Below are positions 1 through 12,900 of a stretch of 64,000 nt of DNA, one piece after another. Source of the stretch: an uncultured delta proteobacterium (GTDB taxonomy: Bacteria; Myxococcota_A; Polyangia; Haliangiales; Haliangiaceae); the NCBI GenBank assembly GCA_963848295.1, contig CAWKDB010000002.1:32001-96000 (forward strand). Reading direction: 5' to 3'. The notes beneath the pieces are model-generated. The model saw nothing but the letters and a program-made list of their open reading frames with translations, was not told the DNA's origin and ran no database searches. Both the position numbers and the translations under genes were made by a program. The first letter of the stretch is position 1, and each line of letters starts with the position of its first letter.

Positions 1-1
1 C

Positions 2-349
2 AACAACCGGTCGCCCGATGATCGAGCCCGGCTGGCGCGAGGCATCGCCGACGAGATCGTCAAGGAGAACGCGCCGTGGGCGATCGGGATCGCCGAGCTG
101 TTGCGCGCCGCGGCGATGATGCTGCGCGGCGATGACGATGGCGCGATCCGTGCGCTCGATCTCGCCGAGCCCGCGCTCGCGAACGCGCACATGGCCGGCT
201 ACGTACAAATCGCTCGCATGCGCCGGGGCGACGTCGAAGGCGGGGGCGGCGGTGGCGCCCGGGCCGCGGCGGCGCGCGACACCCTGGCCGAGCTCGGCGC
301 GACCAATCCCGACGCCATCGCGGCCCTTCTCGTCCCTTGGCCGACGTGA
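2..349 (+). CDS. 3' end of a gene starting before the window; resembles the C-terminal helical tail of myxobacterial Ser/Thr kinase-AAA proteins
   Basis: Frame open from base 2 to TGA at 347-349; ends ...ARMRRG...LGATNPDAIAALLVPWPT. Confidence 0.5.
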   Translation, partial: NNRSPDDRARLARGIADEIVKENAPWAIGIAELLRAAAMMLRGDDDGAIRALDLAEPALANAHMAGYVQIARMRRGDVEGGGGGGARAAAARDTLAELGATNPDAIAALLVPWPT

Positions 350-451
350 CGGCCCCGGTGCGCTTGGTATAGGATCGACGGACGGGGTGATCCGAAAGGA
401 TCGGGACGTCGTACATACGGGAGCCCGGCTATCGCCGGACGAGGGTAAAGC

Positions 452-1291
452 GTGTCACTCATCGCTCAGCACATCGCGGTTTCGCAGCGGATCGACATCG
501 AGGATCTCGACTGGGAGCTCGCGCGCAAGGTCGGCCTGACCGCGCAGGAGGTCGAGAGCCTGCACTACTTCGCCGATGTCGAGAGTCAGACCGTCTACTA
601 CTTTCTCGAGGTGTCGAAGCTCTCGGTCGCGCGCGATCCCGAGCTGCTCACGTTCCTCACGATGTGGAACTACGAGGAGTACTTCCACTCGCACGCGATC
701 ACGCGCCTGCTCCAGGAGTGTGGCGCCGAGACCGTAGCTGCGACCGACCGCAGCACCGGCGTCCGCAAGAAGGCGCGGTGGAAAGCTCGGTTCGAAGACT
801 TCGCACAGACGCTGATGTCGAAGCTGATGCCGAAGGCGTTCGTCGCGCTGTGGATGTTCTGGGGCTCGCTGCAGGAGTGCCTGACCACGCAGGCCTACGA
901 AGAGCTCGCCACCACGACGCAGAACCCGGTGCTCGCCGAGCTGTGCCGTCGCATCGCGAAGCAGGAGCGTCGCCACTTCGCGTACTACTTCGCGCAGGCC
1001 AAGGACAAGCTCGAGGGCAACCGCTGGGCGCAACGCGTGTGTCGATGGATCGCGAAGCGGTTCTATGCGCCGGTCGGCGGCGGCGTGAAGACCGACGCGG
1101 AAGGCGCGCGGCTCGTGGCCCAGCTGTTCCCGAACGACCGGATCTTCGAGGTCATGGGCTACATCGAAAAGCGCATGGCCCAACTGCCGGGCATGGACGG
1201 TCTCGACGCGTGCACTCGGTGGGCCGCGAAGGTCCAGCCGATGCTGCCCGAAGCGGTTCGCGCCGGCGCGATCCCGGCGCTCGCCGCCTGA
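452..1291 (+). CDS. Ferritin-like diiron protein (acyl-ACP desaturase-like superfamily)
   Basis: 279 aa ORF with E...EExxH (YEEYFH) and E...ExxH (QERRH) four-helix-bundle diiron ligand pattern. Confidence 0.75.
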   Translation: MSLIAQHIAVSQRIDIEDLDWELARKVGLTAQEVESLHYFADVESQTVYYFLEVSKLSVARDPELLTFLTMWNYEEYFHSHAITRLLQECGAETVAATDRSTGVRKKARWKARFEDFAQTLMSKLMPKAFVALWMFWGSLQECLTTQAYEELATTTQNPVLAELCRRIAKQERRHFAYYFAQAKDKLEGNRWAQRVCRWIAKRFYAPVGGGVKTDAEGARLVAQLFPNDRIFEVMGYIEKRMAQLPGMDGLDACTRWAAKVQPMLPEAVRAGAIPALAA

Positions 1292-1438
1292 GCGCTGGAA
1301 TCCGAGCTCGACGACGGCGCCGACTCCTCGGGCGGCAGGGGCCGGGCCGAGCCGCGCCAACCTTGCCGGCAGCTTGCCATAGCACGATCGATACGGTAAT
1401 CGCTATCGCGCGCGCGTAGTTACCGACCGGTTTGGGAC

Positions 1439-1467
1439 TTGCGCTAGGACGTCAGCCTCCATATAAC
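1439..1467 (+). promoter_or_regulatory. Putative sigma70-type promoter of the pyrophosphatase gene
   Basis: TTGCGC (1439-1444), 17 bp spacer, TATAAC (1462-1467); AGAGGA SD just upstream of ATG 1493. Confidence 0.5.
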
Positions 1468-1492
1468 GCCCCCCTCTTTCCAAGAGGATCCA

Positions 1493-4069
1493 ATGACGTC
1501 CCTTCTGCAATGGCTGGCTGAGGAGAGCGCCGCGATCGGTGGCGCGGTTCGGCCTCATAGCGAGGCTGATCTTCAGCTTCCCTCGTTCGATCAAGTGAAG
1601 TTCCTCGGGCTCAGCGGCTCGACCGTGCTGGCACTGGGCCTCGCGGTCAGCGCGCTCGGCTTGCTGTTCGGGCTGGTCAAGTACCAGAAGCTCAAGAACA
1701 TGCCCGTTCACAAGGCGATGCGTGAGATCTCGGAGCTGATCTACGCGACCTGCAAGACCTATCTGCGGACGCAGGCGAAGTTCATCTTTCAGTTGTGGGT
1801 GCTGATCGCGACGGTCATCGTCGTGTACTTCGCCGCGCTCGAGAAAGAGGGCGTCGGGGAGGTGCTCGCGATCGCCGGATTCTCGGTCGTCGGGATCCTC
1901 GGTAGCTCGCTCGTCGCTTTCTTCGGCATTCGCGTGAACACGTTCGCGAACTCGCGCACCGCCTTCGCATCGCTGCGCGGCAAGCCATACGGCACCTACG
2001 CGATTCCGATCGAGGCCGGCATGAGCATCGGCACCGTGCTGATCTCGACCGAGCTGCTGCTCATGCTCGGGATCATGGTGTTCATCCCCGGCAAGTACGC
2101 CGGCCCGTGCTTCATCGGCTTCGCGGTCGGTGAATCGCTCGGCGCCGCGGCGCTGCGCATCGCCGGCGGGATCTTCACGAAGATCGCCGACATCGGCTCG
2201 GACCTCATGAAGATCGTCTTCAACATCAAGGAAGACGACGCTCGCAACCCCGGCGTGATCGCGGACTGCACCGGTGATAACGCCGGCGATTCGGTCGGTC
2301 CCACCGCGGACGGCTTCGAGACCTACGGCGTCACCGGCGTCGCGCTCATCACGTTCATCCTCGTCGCATTCCCGAACGCGCACCTCGCACACTTGTTCAA
2401 CGATAAGGGCGACCTGCTCGATGGTGGCGCTTGGCTGCAGACCGTGTTGCTCGTGTGGATCTTCGCGATGCGCATCGTCATGATCCTCGCCTCGGTCGGC
2501 AGCTACATGATCAACGAGGCGATCACGAAGGCGCGCTACGGAAACGCGAAGGAGATGAACTTCGAGCATCCGCTGACCCAGCTCGTGTGGCTGACCTCGA
2601 TCGTCTCGGTCATCCTGACGTTCGTCGTCTCGTACCTGCTGATCGGTCAAGGCGAGTCGCAGCTGACGGCCAGCACGGTCGACCATACGGCCGGGTTGTG
2701 GTGGAAGCTGTCGGCGATCATCTCGTGCGGCACGCTCGCCGGCGCGATCATCCCCGAGCTTGTCAAGGCGTTCACCTCGGTCAACTCCGGCCACGTGCGC
2801 GAGACCGTCGCCGCGTCGAAGGAGGGTGGTGCGTCGCTCAACATCCTCGCCGGTCTCACCGCGGGTAACTTCTCGGCGTACTGGATGGGCCTCACGATCG
2901 CCGGCTTGATGGGCATCGCGTACGCGGTGTCGTCCCTCGGCGGCATCACCGATCTGCTGTACTCGTCGAACATGGCGGCGCACCTCGACATGTCGTACTC
3001 GGCGTGCCAGGCGGCATCGGCCGTGTTCGCGTTCGGCCTCGTCGCGTTCGGCTTCCTCGGCATGGGACCGGTCACGATCGCGGTCGACTCCTACGGCCCC
3101 GTCACCGACAACGCGCAGTCGGTCTACGAGCTGTCGATGATCGAGACCCTGCCGAACATCGAGCAGGACATCGAGGCAGAGTTCAAGTTCAAGCCGGACT
3201 TCGAGAAGGCGAAGATGTACCTCGAGGAAAACGACGGCGCGGGCAACACGTTCAAGGCGACCGCGAAGCCCGTGCTGATCGGCACCGCGGTCGTCGGTGC
3301 GACCACGATGATCTTCGCGCTCGTCATGCTGATCACGAATGGTCTGCAGCCCGATCTCGTCACCAAGCTGTCGATGATTCACCCGCCGTTCTTGCTCGGG
3401 CTCGTCACCGGCGGCGCGATCATCTACTGGTTCACCGGCGCCTCGACCCAGGCGGTCGCGACCGGTGCGTATCGCGCGGTCGAGTTCATCAAACAGAACA
3501 TCAAGCTCGATGGCACCGCGACGAAAGCGTCGACCGATGACTCGAACAAGGTCGTCGAGATCTGCACGCTCTACGCGCAGAAAGGCATGATCAACATCTT
3601 CATGGTCGTGTTCTTCTCGACCCTGTCGTTCGCGTGCCTCGATCCGAACTTCTTCATCGGCTACCTGATCTCGATGGCGATTTTCGGCCTCTATCAAGCC
3701 ATCTTCATGGCGAACGCCGGCGGCGCCTGGGACAACGCGAAGAAGGTCGTCGAGACCGAGCTGCGTGCAAAGGGCACCGAGCTCCACAACGCGACCATCG
3801 TCGGCGACACCGTCGGCGACCCGTTCAAAGACACCTCGTCGGTCGCGCTCAACCCGGTCATCAAGTTCACCACGCTGTTCGGCGTCCTCGCCGTCGGAAT
3901 GGCGCTCGAGCTGACCGCGCGCGGCCTCGATACGCTGAAATACACGCTCTCGGGTGCCTTCCTCGTGATCTCGATGTTCTTCGCGTGGCGGTCCTTCTAC
4001 CGGATGCGGATCGGCAACCTCAAGTCCGAGGACAAGCCGGAGCCGAAGAGCGAAGCTGCCGCGGCATAG
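1493..4069 (+). CDS. hppA: Membrane-bound ion-translocating pyrophosphatase, K+-independent signature
   Basis: GGIFTKIADIGSDL, EDDARNPGVIADCTGDNAGD, DSYGPVTDNA, GNTFKA, NAGGAWDNAKK, GDTVGDPFKDT motifs; many TM helices. Confidence 0.95.
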   Translation: MTSLLQWLAEESAAIGGAVRPHSEADLQLPSFDQVKFLGLSGSTVLALGLAVSALGLLFGLVKYQKLKNMPVHKAMREISELIYATCKTYLRTQAKFIFQLWVLIATVIVVYFAALEKEGVGEVLAIAGFSVVGILGSSLVAFFGIRVNTFANSRTAFASLRGKPYGTYAIPIEAGMSIGTVLISTELLLMLGIMVFIPGKYAGPCFIGFAVGESLGAAALRIAGGIFTKIADIGSDLMKIVFNIKEDDARNPGVIADCTGDNAGDSVGPTADGFETYGVTGVALITFILVAFPNAHLAHLFNDKGDLLDGGAWLQTVLLVWIFAMRIVMILASVGSYMINEAITKARYGNAKEMNFEHPLTQLVWLTSIVSVILTFVVSYLLIGQGESQLTASTVDHTAGLWWKLSAIISCGTLAGAIIPELVKAFTSVNSGHVRETVAASKEGGASLNILAGLTAGNFSAYWMGLTIAGLMGIAYAVSSLGGITDLLYSSNMAAHLDMSYSACQAASAVFAFGLVAFGFLGMGPVTIAVDSYGPVTDNAQSVYELSMIETLPNIEQDIEAEFKFKPDFEKAKMYLEENDGAGNTFKATAKPVLIGTAVVGATTMIFALVMLITNGLQPDLVTKLSMIHPPFLLGLVTGGAIIYWFTGASTQAVATGAYRAVEFIKQNIKLDGTATKASTDDSNKVVEICTLYAQKGMINIFMVVFFSTLSFACLDPNFFIGYLISMAIFGLYQAIFMANAGGAWDNAKKVVETELRAKGTELHNATIVGDTVGDPFKDTSSVALNPVIKFTTLFGVLAVGMALELTARGLDTLKYTLSGAFLVISMFFAWRSFYRMRIGNLKSEDKPEPKSEAAAA

Positions 4070-4080
4070 GGACGAGCTGC

Positions 4081-4110
4081 GGACGCTGTCGCTTTTGTCT
4101 ACTTGCGCGC
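4081..4110 (-). repeat. Extragenic ~30-bp repeat, copy 1 (inverted relative to copies 2 and 3)
   Basis: Reverse complement GCGCGCAAGTAGACAAAAGCGACAGCGTCC matches 6971-7000 and 8104-8133. Confidence 0.8.
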
Positions 4111-4139
4111 TCCAGCCGGGTGCGTGCTACGACCGATAG

Positions 4140-5791
<1,652 letters not shown>

Positions 5792-5795
<4 letters not shown>

Positions 5796-6970
5796 CGCCC
5801 GAGCTCGTGATCCGGAACGCGCGGGTGATGACCTGCGATCCTGCGCGCGCCGGTTTGGGCGTGATCGACCGCGGTGCGATCGCGATCGCGCGCGGTCAGA
5901 TCGCGTGGGTCGGCGGCGATGGCGAACGGCCGAGCGGCGACGCGGAGATCGATGCGGGCGGCGTGCTCGTCACGCCCGGGCTCGTCGATTGCCATACCCA
6001 CGCGATCTTCGCCGGCGATCGGGCGAACGAGTTCGCGATGCGCGCCGCGGGCGAGGGCTATCTCGCGATCGCGGCGGCCGGCGGCGGAATCGCGGCGTCG
6101 TTGGCGGCGACGCGCGCGGCGAGCGCGGCCGAGCTCCGGGACCTACTCGCGGGGCGGCTCGCGGCGGCAACGGCGGGTGGCACGACGACGATCGAGGTCA
6201 AGTCCGGCTACGCGTTGACCTTCGACGGCGAGCTCGGGCTGCTCGACGCGATCGCGGCGCATCGCGGGCCACAGCAGGTCGTCGCGACGCTGCTCGCGCA
6301 CCTCGTGCCGCCGGAGCGCGCAAGCGATCGCGCCGCGTTCGTGGCCGAGATCTGCGAGCGGTGGATTCCGCACGCGCGGGGCGCGACGTCGGTCGATTGC
6401 TATTGCGACGACGGCGCATTCACGCTCGACGAAGCGCGCGCGATCTGGGCGGCGGCCAAGCGCGCTGGACTGGCCGTGCGCGGCCACGTCGGCCAGTTTG
6501 CAGACCTCGGCGCGGCCCAGGTGCTCGCCGAGCTCGGTGGATTATCGGCGGATCATGTGGAACGAGTGAGCGACGCCGGCATCGCCGCGCTCGCCGGTGC
6601 CGGCACGGTCGCGGTGATGCTACCGGGGGCGTGCGTGCAGTTGCGGCTACCGGTGCCGCCGGTCGAGCGTCTGCGTGCCGCCGGCGTGCCGCTCGCGGTC
6701 GCGAGCGATCTGAACCCGGGGTCGAGCTATTGCGAGACGCTCGCGATCCAGATGTGGCTCGCGACCACGCATTTCGGGATGACAGTCGAAGAGACCTGGC
6801 TCGGGGTCACGCGACATGCAGCTCGCGCGCTGGGGGTCGCTGCCGGGGCGGTGGTCGGCGGCGCGCGCGCGGATCTCGTGCTGTGGCGAGCCGATGATCC
6901 GGCGCAGATTCCGTATCGCTACGGCGCTGATCTCGTCGATCGCGTGTATACGGCGGGTGTAGCGCTCTAA
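5792..6970 (+). CDS. hutI: Imidazolonepropionase
   Basis: ATG overlaps hutU stop (ATGA); [33 protein letters not shown] motifs. Confidence 0.93.
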
Positions 6971-7000
6971 CGCGCAAAGGTGACAAAAGAGACAGCGTCC
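6971..7000 (+). repeat. Extragenic ~30-bp repeat, copy 2
   Basis: CGCGCAAAGGTGACAAAAGAGACAGCGTCC; 19-bp core TGACAAAAGAGACAGCGTC identical to 8114-8132. Confidence 0.8.
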
Positions 7001-7003
7001 CCA

Positions 7004-7037
7004 TTGACAGATGTCAAAATGATATCATGATGACATC
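7004..7037 (+). promoter_or_regulatory. Promoter with overlapping palindromic operator for the SPFH-Arc operon
   Basis: TTGACA at 7004; 28-bp near-perfect palindrome GATGTCA-AA-ATGATATCAT-GA-TGACATC at 7010-7037. Confidence 0.65.
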
Positions 7038-7923
7038 CATGGCGATGAAAGAACGTGACGCTATCTCGACCTCGGGCGGACTGATGGTCATCCTCGGACT
7101 CGCGGCACTGGGCGCTGCGGCATGGCAGGGCTCGTTGATGAATCCGCACATCGCCCCGACGGCGCAGGCGATGCACGGGGTCGGCGCGGCCGGATTCGTG
7201 GTGCTCGCGATCATCTTGTTCAAGGGCGTGATCGTGATCGGCCCGAACGAGGCGCGCGTGCTCACGCTGTTCGGGCGGTACGCCGGCACGGTGAGCGACA
7301 CCGGGTTGCGCTGGGCGAATCCCTTGACGACGAAGCGGCCGGTGTCGTTGCGCACGCGCAACTTCGAGACCGCGAAGATCAAGGTCAATGACCTCGACGG
7401 AAATCCGATCGAGATCGCGGCGATCATCGTGTGGAAGGTCGTCGATACCGCCCAGGCGACGTTCGATGTCGAGAACTTCTCGAGCTTCGTCCAAATCCAG
7501 GCAGAGGCCGCGTTGCGCAACCTCGCGATGCATCATCCGTACGATAGCCACGACGATGCGAAGATCAGCTTGCGCGGTCAGTCGGACAAGGTCGCCGAGC
7601 AGCTCCGCATCGAGGTCAACGCAAAGATCAACCAAGCGGGCGTCGAAGTGATCGACGCGCGGATCGCTCACCTCGCGTACGCACAGGAGATCGCGCAGGC
7701 GATGCTGCAGCGGCAACAGGCCGGCGCGATCATCGCGGCGCGAACTCTGATCGTCGAAGGCGCGGTGTCGATGGTCGAGATGGCGCTCGATCAGCTCGCG
7801 AAGCGCGGCATCGTCGAGCTCGATCAGGAGCGCAAAGCGCAGATGGTGTCGAACCTGCTCGTCGTGCTGTGCGGCGAACGCGGCACCCAGCCGGTCGTCA
7901 ACACCGGCACGCTGTACCAGTGA
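7027..7923 (+). CDS. SPFH/Band 7 domain membrane protein (true start may be 7039 or 7045)
   Basis: Two N-terminal TM helices; [58 protein letters not shown]. Confidence 0.9.
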   Translation: MMTSMAMKERDAISTSGGLMVILGLAALGAAAWQGSLMNPHIAPTAQAMHGVGAAGFVVLAIILFKGVIVIGPNEARVLTLFGRYAGTVSDTGLRWANPLTTKRPVSLRTRNFETAKIKVNDLDGNPIEIAAIIVWKVVDTAQATFDVENFSSFVQIQAEAALRNLAMHHPYDSHDDAKISLRGQSDKVAEQLRIEVNAKINQAGVEVIDARIAHLAYAQEIAQAMLQRQQAGAIIAARTLIVEGAVSMVEMALDQLAKRGIVELDQERKAQMVSNLLVVLCGERGTQPVVNTGTLYQ

Positions 7924-8081
7924 TGCCAGAGCGCAAGCCGTTCTTGCTGCGCATCGATCCGTCCGTGCTCGACGCGGTGCAACGCTGGGCGGCCGACGAT
8001 CTGCGCTCGCTCAACGCGCAGATCGAGTTCGTGCTCCGCGAGGCGCTCGTGCGGGCAGGGCGGACCAAGCCCAAGAAGTAG
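7923..8081 (+). CDS. Arc-like ribbon-helix-helix DNA-binding protein
   Basis: [42 protein letters not shown]; start overlaps SPFH stop (TGATG). Confidence 0.85.
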   Translation: MPERKPFLLRIDPSVLDAVQRWAADDLRSLNAQIEFVLREALVRAGRTKPKK

Positions 8082-8103
8082 GTGCTCCGGTCGGTGCCGG
8101 CGA

Positions 8104-8133
8104 GCGCGCAAGTTGACAAAAGAGACAGCGTCA
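8104..8133 (+). repeat. Extragenic ~30-bp repeat, copy 3, overlapping the hutH stop codon
   Basis: GCGCGCAAGTTGACAAAAGAGACAGCGTCA. Confidence 0.8.
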
Positions 8134-9864
8134 CCAAGCGGCGTTAACTGCGGCGATCAAGGAGCCGTCGTCGATCAGCGCGCGGACCGCGGCGATGTCG
8201 GGCGATAGCGGGCGGTCGACCATCATCGCGGGGACTTTGCGGCGAATCGCGGCGTGCAAGGCTTCGAGCGGCTTGGTCGTCTTTAGCGGGCGGCGCAGGT
8301 CCAGGCCCTGCGCCGCGCACAGCAGCTCGATCGCGAGCACGATGCGGACGTGATCGTGGATCGTGTGGAGCTTGAGCGCCGACGTCGCGCCCATCGAGAC
8401 GTGATCCTCGCGGCCGGCGCTCGACGGGATCGAGTCGACCGACGCGGGATGCGCGAGGATCTTGTTCTCCGACACGAGCGCCGCGGCGCTGACCTGCGCG
8501 ATCATGAACCCGGAGTTGAGGCCGCTATCGGGTGCGAGGAACGGCGGCAACCCGCTCGACAGGTGAGGGTTAACGAGTTGTTCGATCCGGCGCTCGCTGA
8601 TGTTCGCGAGCTCGGCGACCGCCATCGCGGCGGCATCGAGCGCGAGCGCGACCGGTTGGCCATGGAAGTTACCGCCGGAGATCATCTCGGCGTCTTCGCC
8701 GGGTCCGCCCTCGACCACGAGCGGGTTGTCGGTCGAGCTCGCCGCCTCGCGTTCCAGCACCGTGCGCGCGAACGCGACGAGGTCGCGGGTCGCACCGTGG
8801 ACTTGCGGCATGCAGCGCAACGAGTACGGGTCCTGGACCTTGCCGCAGTCCTTGTGCGACTCGGCGATGGGCGAGCCCGCGAGCAACTCGCGCAACAGCG
8901 CGGCGACCGCGATCTGTCCGGGATGCGGACGCGCTGCGATCACACGCTCGTCGAACGCACGCACCGTGCCCTTGAGGGCCTCGAGCGACAACGCCCCGGC
9001 GAGATCGGCGATCCGGCAGGTCGCATCGGCGTCGTGTAGCGCGAGCCCGCCGACCGCGGTCATGTGCTGCGTGCCGTTGAGCAGCGTCAGGCCTTCCTTC
9101 GCCTCGAGCACGAGCGGCGCGAGCCCCGCGCGGCGCAGCGCCTCCGCCGCGGGCAGCGTCTCGCCGCGATACTCGGCGTCACCTTCGCCCATCATGCCCA
9201 ACGCGAGATGCGCGAGTGGCGCGAGATCGCCCGAAGCTCCGACCGAGCCACGCGCCGGGATCACGGGATGGACGCCCGCTGCGAGCAATTCGCACAGCCG
9301 CTCGCAGCACACCGCGCGGGCGCCGCTGCGGCCGGTCGCCAGCACTGCGGCGCGCAGTAACATCATCGCGCGCACCGCTTCGCGCGGGAGCGGAGCCCCG
9401 ACGCCGGCGGCGTGCGAGCGGACGAGATTGCGTTGCAGCTGAGCAACTTGCGCCGCGGAGATCCGCACTTCGGCGAGCGCCCCGAACCCCGTGTTCACGC
9501 CGTACACTGCGGGTGCGGCGTCGCCGGCGGCGACGACTCGATCGACGACCTCGCGGGCGCGATCCATGGCGGCGCGGGCGCGAGCGCCGATCTCGACCCT
9601 CCGGCCGGCTCGGGCGACCGCGGCGAGCACGTCGAGCGTGATGACGTCATCGCCGAGCCGAAACGGCTCCGCACCGCCTGCGGCGGCGCTACGCGTCGCG
9701 CGTTCGCCCGACTTGTCTTCAACCTCCGCACCGCCTGCGGCGGCGCTACGCGTCGCGCGTTCGCCCGACTTGTCTTCAACCTCCGCACCGCCTGCGGCGG
9801 CGCTACGCGTCGCGCGTTCGCCCGACTTGTCTTCCACGCGCCGCGGTGTACCACGCGAGACCAC
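8131..9864 (-). CDS. hutH: Histidine ammonia-lyase with repeat-derived N-terminal extension (start GTG at 9864 or 9837)
   Basis: [21 protein letters not shown] (MIO motif), [31 protein letters not shown]. Confidence 0.95.
   Translation of the reverse strand: MVSRGTPRRVEDKSGERATRSAAAGGAEVEDKSGERATRSAAAGGAEVEDKSGERATRSAAAGGAEPFRLGDDVITLDVLAAVARAGRRVEIGARARAAMDRAREVVDRVVAAGDAAPAVYGVNTGFGALAEVRISAAQVAQLQRNLVRSHAAGVGAPLPREAVRAMMLLRAAVLATGRSGARAVCCERLCELLAAGVHPVIPARGSVGASGDLAPLAHLALGMMGEGDAEYRGETLPAAEALRRAGLAPLVLEAKEGLTLLNGTQHMTAVGGLALHDADATCRIADLAGALSLEALKGTVRAFDERVIAARPHPGQIAVAALLRELLAGSPIAESHKDCGKVQDPYSLRCMPQVHGATRDLVAFARTVLEREAASSTDNPLVVEGGPGEDAEMISGGNFHGQPVALALDAAAMAVAELANISERRIEQLVNPHLSSGLPPFLAPDSGLNSGFMIAQVSAAALVSENKILAHPASVDSIPSSAGREDHVSMGATSALKLHTIHDHVRIVLAIELLCAAQGLDLRRPLKTTKPLEALHAAIRRKVPAMMVDRPLSPDIAAVRALIDDGSLIAAVNAAW
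9667..9834 (-). repeat. 3 x 57-bp tandem repeat with REP-like hairpin, in frame in hutH
   Basis: Units start at 9667, 9724 and 9781; each encodes [19 protein letters not shown]; minus strand has GTAG followed by hairpin CGCCGCC-GCA-GGCGGTG. Confidence 0.9.
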
Positions 9865-9931
9865 CCAAATGCTCGGAATGACACCTCAACTCGTTGACAG
9901 CTCCGACGCTCGGAGTGATCTTTAAAAGGAG

Positions 9932-12900
9932 TTGGGCACTCCCCCGGAAGACGACGCGGGCGCGAACGAAGGCGCGCCCGAGCCGGCGACATCTGCACCG
10001 GCGCCGACCTCGGGTCGCGTCAGCGCGCTCGCCTCGCGCGTCGACGCGTTGCTCGCCGCCGATGACGACGATGACGACCACGCACACGACAACGGCTCGT
10101 CGTCGGGGATTCCCGACGAGCCGCGCACGCTCGAGGTGAGCGCGGACGCGATCGAGCTCGACGATCTCGAGGAGGTTCGTGAGTCCACGCCGGTGGCAGC
10201 GGCCGCACCGCCGCGCCCCGCGTTGCCGCGCCCGCCGATTCCGACGCCAGGGCAACGCCCGCCAGTGCCGCCACCGCCGCGTGGGGCGATGCCGCGTCCG
10301 CCGATGGCGATCCCGCCGCTCGCGCCGAAGATTCCGCCGCCGCGCGCATCGGTTCCGATCTCGGTGTCGATCCCCACGCGTGCACCGAGCGAGCCGCCCG
10401 TCGTGCACGATCGCCCGCCGACCGGCGATCCGCGCCCTCGTACGGCATCGTCGCCGCCTCCATTGCACGCGGATCGCGCGCGCCGGCCATCGACGCCCGG
10501 GACCTCCGCATCGCGGGATGGCGATGCGGGAGCATCGTCGCCACCGGCGGTCGGATCGGCATCCACATCGGGTGCGCTGCCCGCGGTGTCGGCGCAGACA
10601 TCCGACGAGATCATGGCCGGCGGCCAGGATATCTCGGTGATCGAGGGCGGGGGCGGGGTCGAGGTCGGCACCGCAACGCCGAACCTCGTCGTCGATCAAC
10701 CGCTCGAGGCGCAGCTCGAGTCGCCGACCGCGCTCGACAAGGCGCTCGCCGCGGGCGACGCCGGCAGCGAGCAGCGCGCCGACATGCTCGGCCGCGAGAT
10801 CGAAGCTGTCGAGCTCGCGGATCCCAACGCCGCGGCCCTGCTCGCGTACGAGCTCGGCGAGCTCTACGAGACCCGGCTTGCCGACGAAGCGCGCGCGGTC
10901 AAATCCTATGGTCGCGCGATCAACTTCGATCCGTCGCTACGGCCAAACCTGTGGGCGATCCGCCGCGTGTTCTATCGCCGCGCGCTGTGGCCCAACCTCG
11001 TCAAGCTGATCGACGCCGAGGTCGAGTACGCCCGCGACGACGAGGAGCGGGCCGATCTGTTGCTCGAGAAGGCGCGGGTCGCGGCGCACCAGCTCGGCGA
11101 CTTCGACAACGCGCGCGAAGCGCTCGACGAGGCGGTGCGAATCGCGCCCGGCCATGAAGGCGCGTTGCTCGAGCTCGAGCGTGTCGCTGCCAAGATCGGT
11201 GACGCCACGGCGCTGCTCGACACGTGGGAGCGCCTCGCCGAAGCGGTCGAACAGCCAGCGCGCAAGGTCGCCTACTGGCTCGAGGTCGGTCGCGCCGCCG
11301 CGAAGCTCGACTATGGGCGTGCGCAGGCCGCGTTCGATCGCGCTGCGCCGCTCGCGGGTCACGGCGCACCCGCCGAGAGAGTCGCGCGCGAGCGCGTGCG
11401 CGCCGCCGAGAGCCACGGCACCCCCGCGGATGCGAGCGCGGCGATCGATGCGCTCGCGCAGATCTTGCTCGCCGAGTTCGGCCCCGCCGGTCCGGGCCTC
11501 GAGCCCGGCTCGTCGCCGCTCGAAGGCAACCGGTTCGGGCCGGATCGCGCGCTCGCGTTGCGCCGCGAGCTCGTCGCATTGCGCCGGCGTCAAGCACAGC
11601 TCGCGCGCTCCGAGGAGCCGGCCAAGGCGTGGGAGTACTTGCAGCAGGCCCTCGCACTGTCGCCGGGCGAGTCGCTGGTGCTCGCGGATCTGACCGAGCT
11701 CGCCGAAGAGCTCGGTCGTTACGACGACCTCGCCGAGCTCGTTCAGAGCTGGCAAGCGATCGAAGGTGACCCGGGACGCGCGATGGTGCTGTCGATTCGC
11801 CGCGCGGATGCATTGCTGCGCGGCGGACAACGCGACGAAGCGCGCGCGCTGCTCGCATCGCTCGACGCGACCGCACCCGGCTTCATCGTGCTGACCTCGG
11901 CCGGCGAGCGCGATGCGCTCGGGCGTAAGGATCCGGCCGACCTCGCGAAGACGTATCTCGCCGCGGCGCATGCGGCGTTGCTCGGAACGTGGCTCGGACC
12001 GGGCCAAACGCCGAAGCCCGACCCGCACTCGGCCGCGACGCTGTTCGTCCAGGCCGCCGAGTTGCTCGCCTATCAGCTCGGCACGCCGGACGCGATCGAA
12101 GACGCGCGCGCCGCGATCGGCAAGGCACTCGAAGCGGTGCCCGATGATCCGGCTGCGTTCGAAGCCCTGACCGAGCTCGATGATGTCACCGGCCGGATCA
12201 ACGACGCACTCGCGCGGTTGCGCACTGCCGCCGCGAGCGCCGACCCCGATGCGAAGCGCGCGGTGCTCGAGCGCGCGATCCGACTCGCGCGTGGTCACGG
12301 CGAGCTCGAAGCAGTCGCGGATCTCGAACGCGAGCTCGTCGCGTTGGTCCCGAGCGATCTGCGCACGCGGTGGGCCCTCGAGGCGACGCTATCGCAGCTC
12401 GGCAAAGACGAGGAGCGCACCGACTTGCTCGTCGCGCTCGCCGCGGCCGAGACCGACCCGACGAGGCGCGGTACGGCCTTGCTGACCGCCGCGCGGTTGC
12501 GCGAGCGCGCCGGCGCGGTCGAGGCGGCGACCGAGCTGTATCGCCAAGTCATCGCGCTGTGGCCCGACGACACGTTCGCGCGAGAATCGCTCGTCGACCT
12601 GCTGCGCGCACAAGAACGGTGGACCGAGCTCGTCAGCGAGCGACGCGCCGAAGCACGCGCGCTGGCCGATGGCCCGGCAGCGCGCCGGGCGCTGCGGGAA
12701 GCCGCGTGGGTCCTCGAGGTCCGCCAGCGCGACCTGCCGTCGGCGGTCGCGGTGTACGACGATTGGCTCGCCCGCATGCCAGAGGATCGCACCGCGCTCG
12801 AGGGTGCCGCGCGGTGCCGGGCCGCGCTCGGCGATCACAACGGCGAGGTCAGCGCGCGCGCCGCGATCGCCGAGCTCGAGCCGACCTCGGAGATGCGCTG

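Noticed and set aside
1403..3787. Long antisense ORFs opposite real genes (also 23794-25527, 26269-28251, 53320-55920, 59815-61854)
   Set aside because: Expected shadow ORFs of high-GC codon bias; no motifs.
9667..9834. Possible CRISPR array
   Set aside because: Units are contiguous identical 57-mers with no unique spacers, and no cas genes are present.
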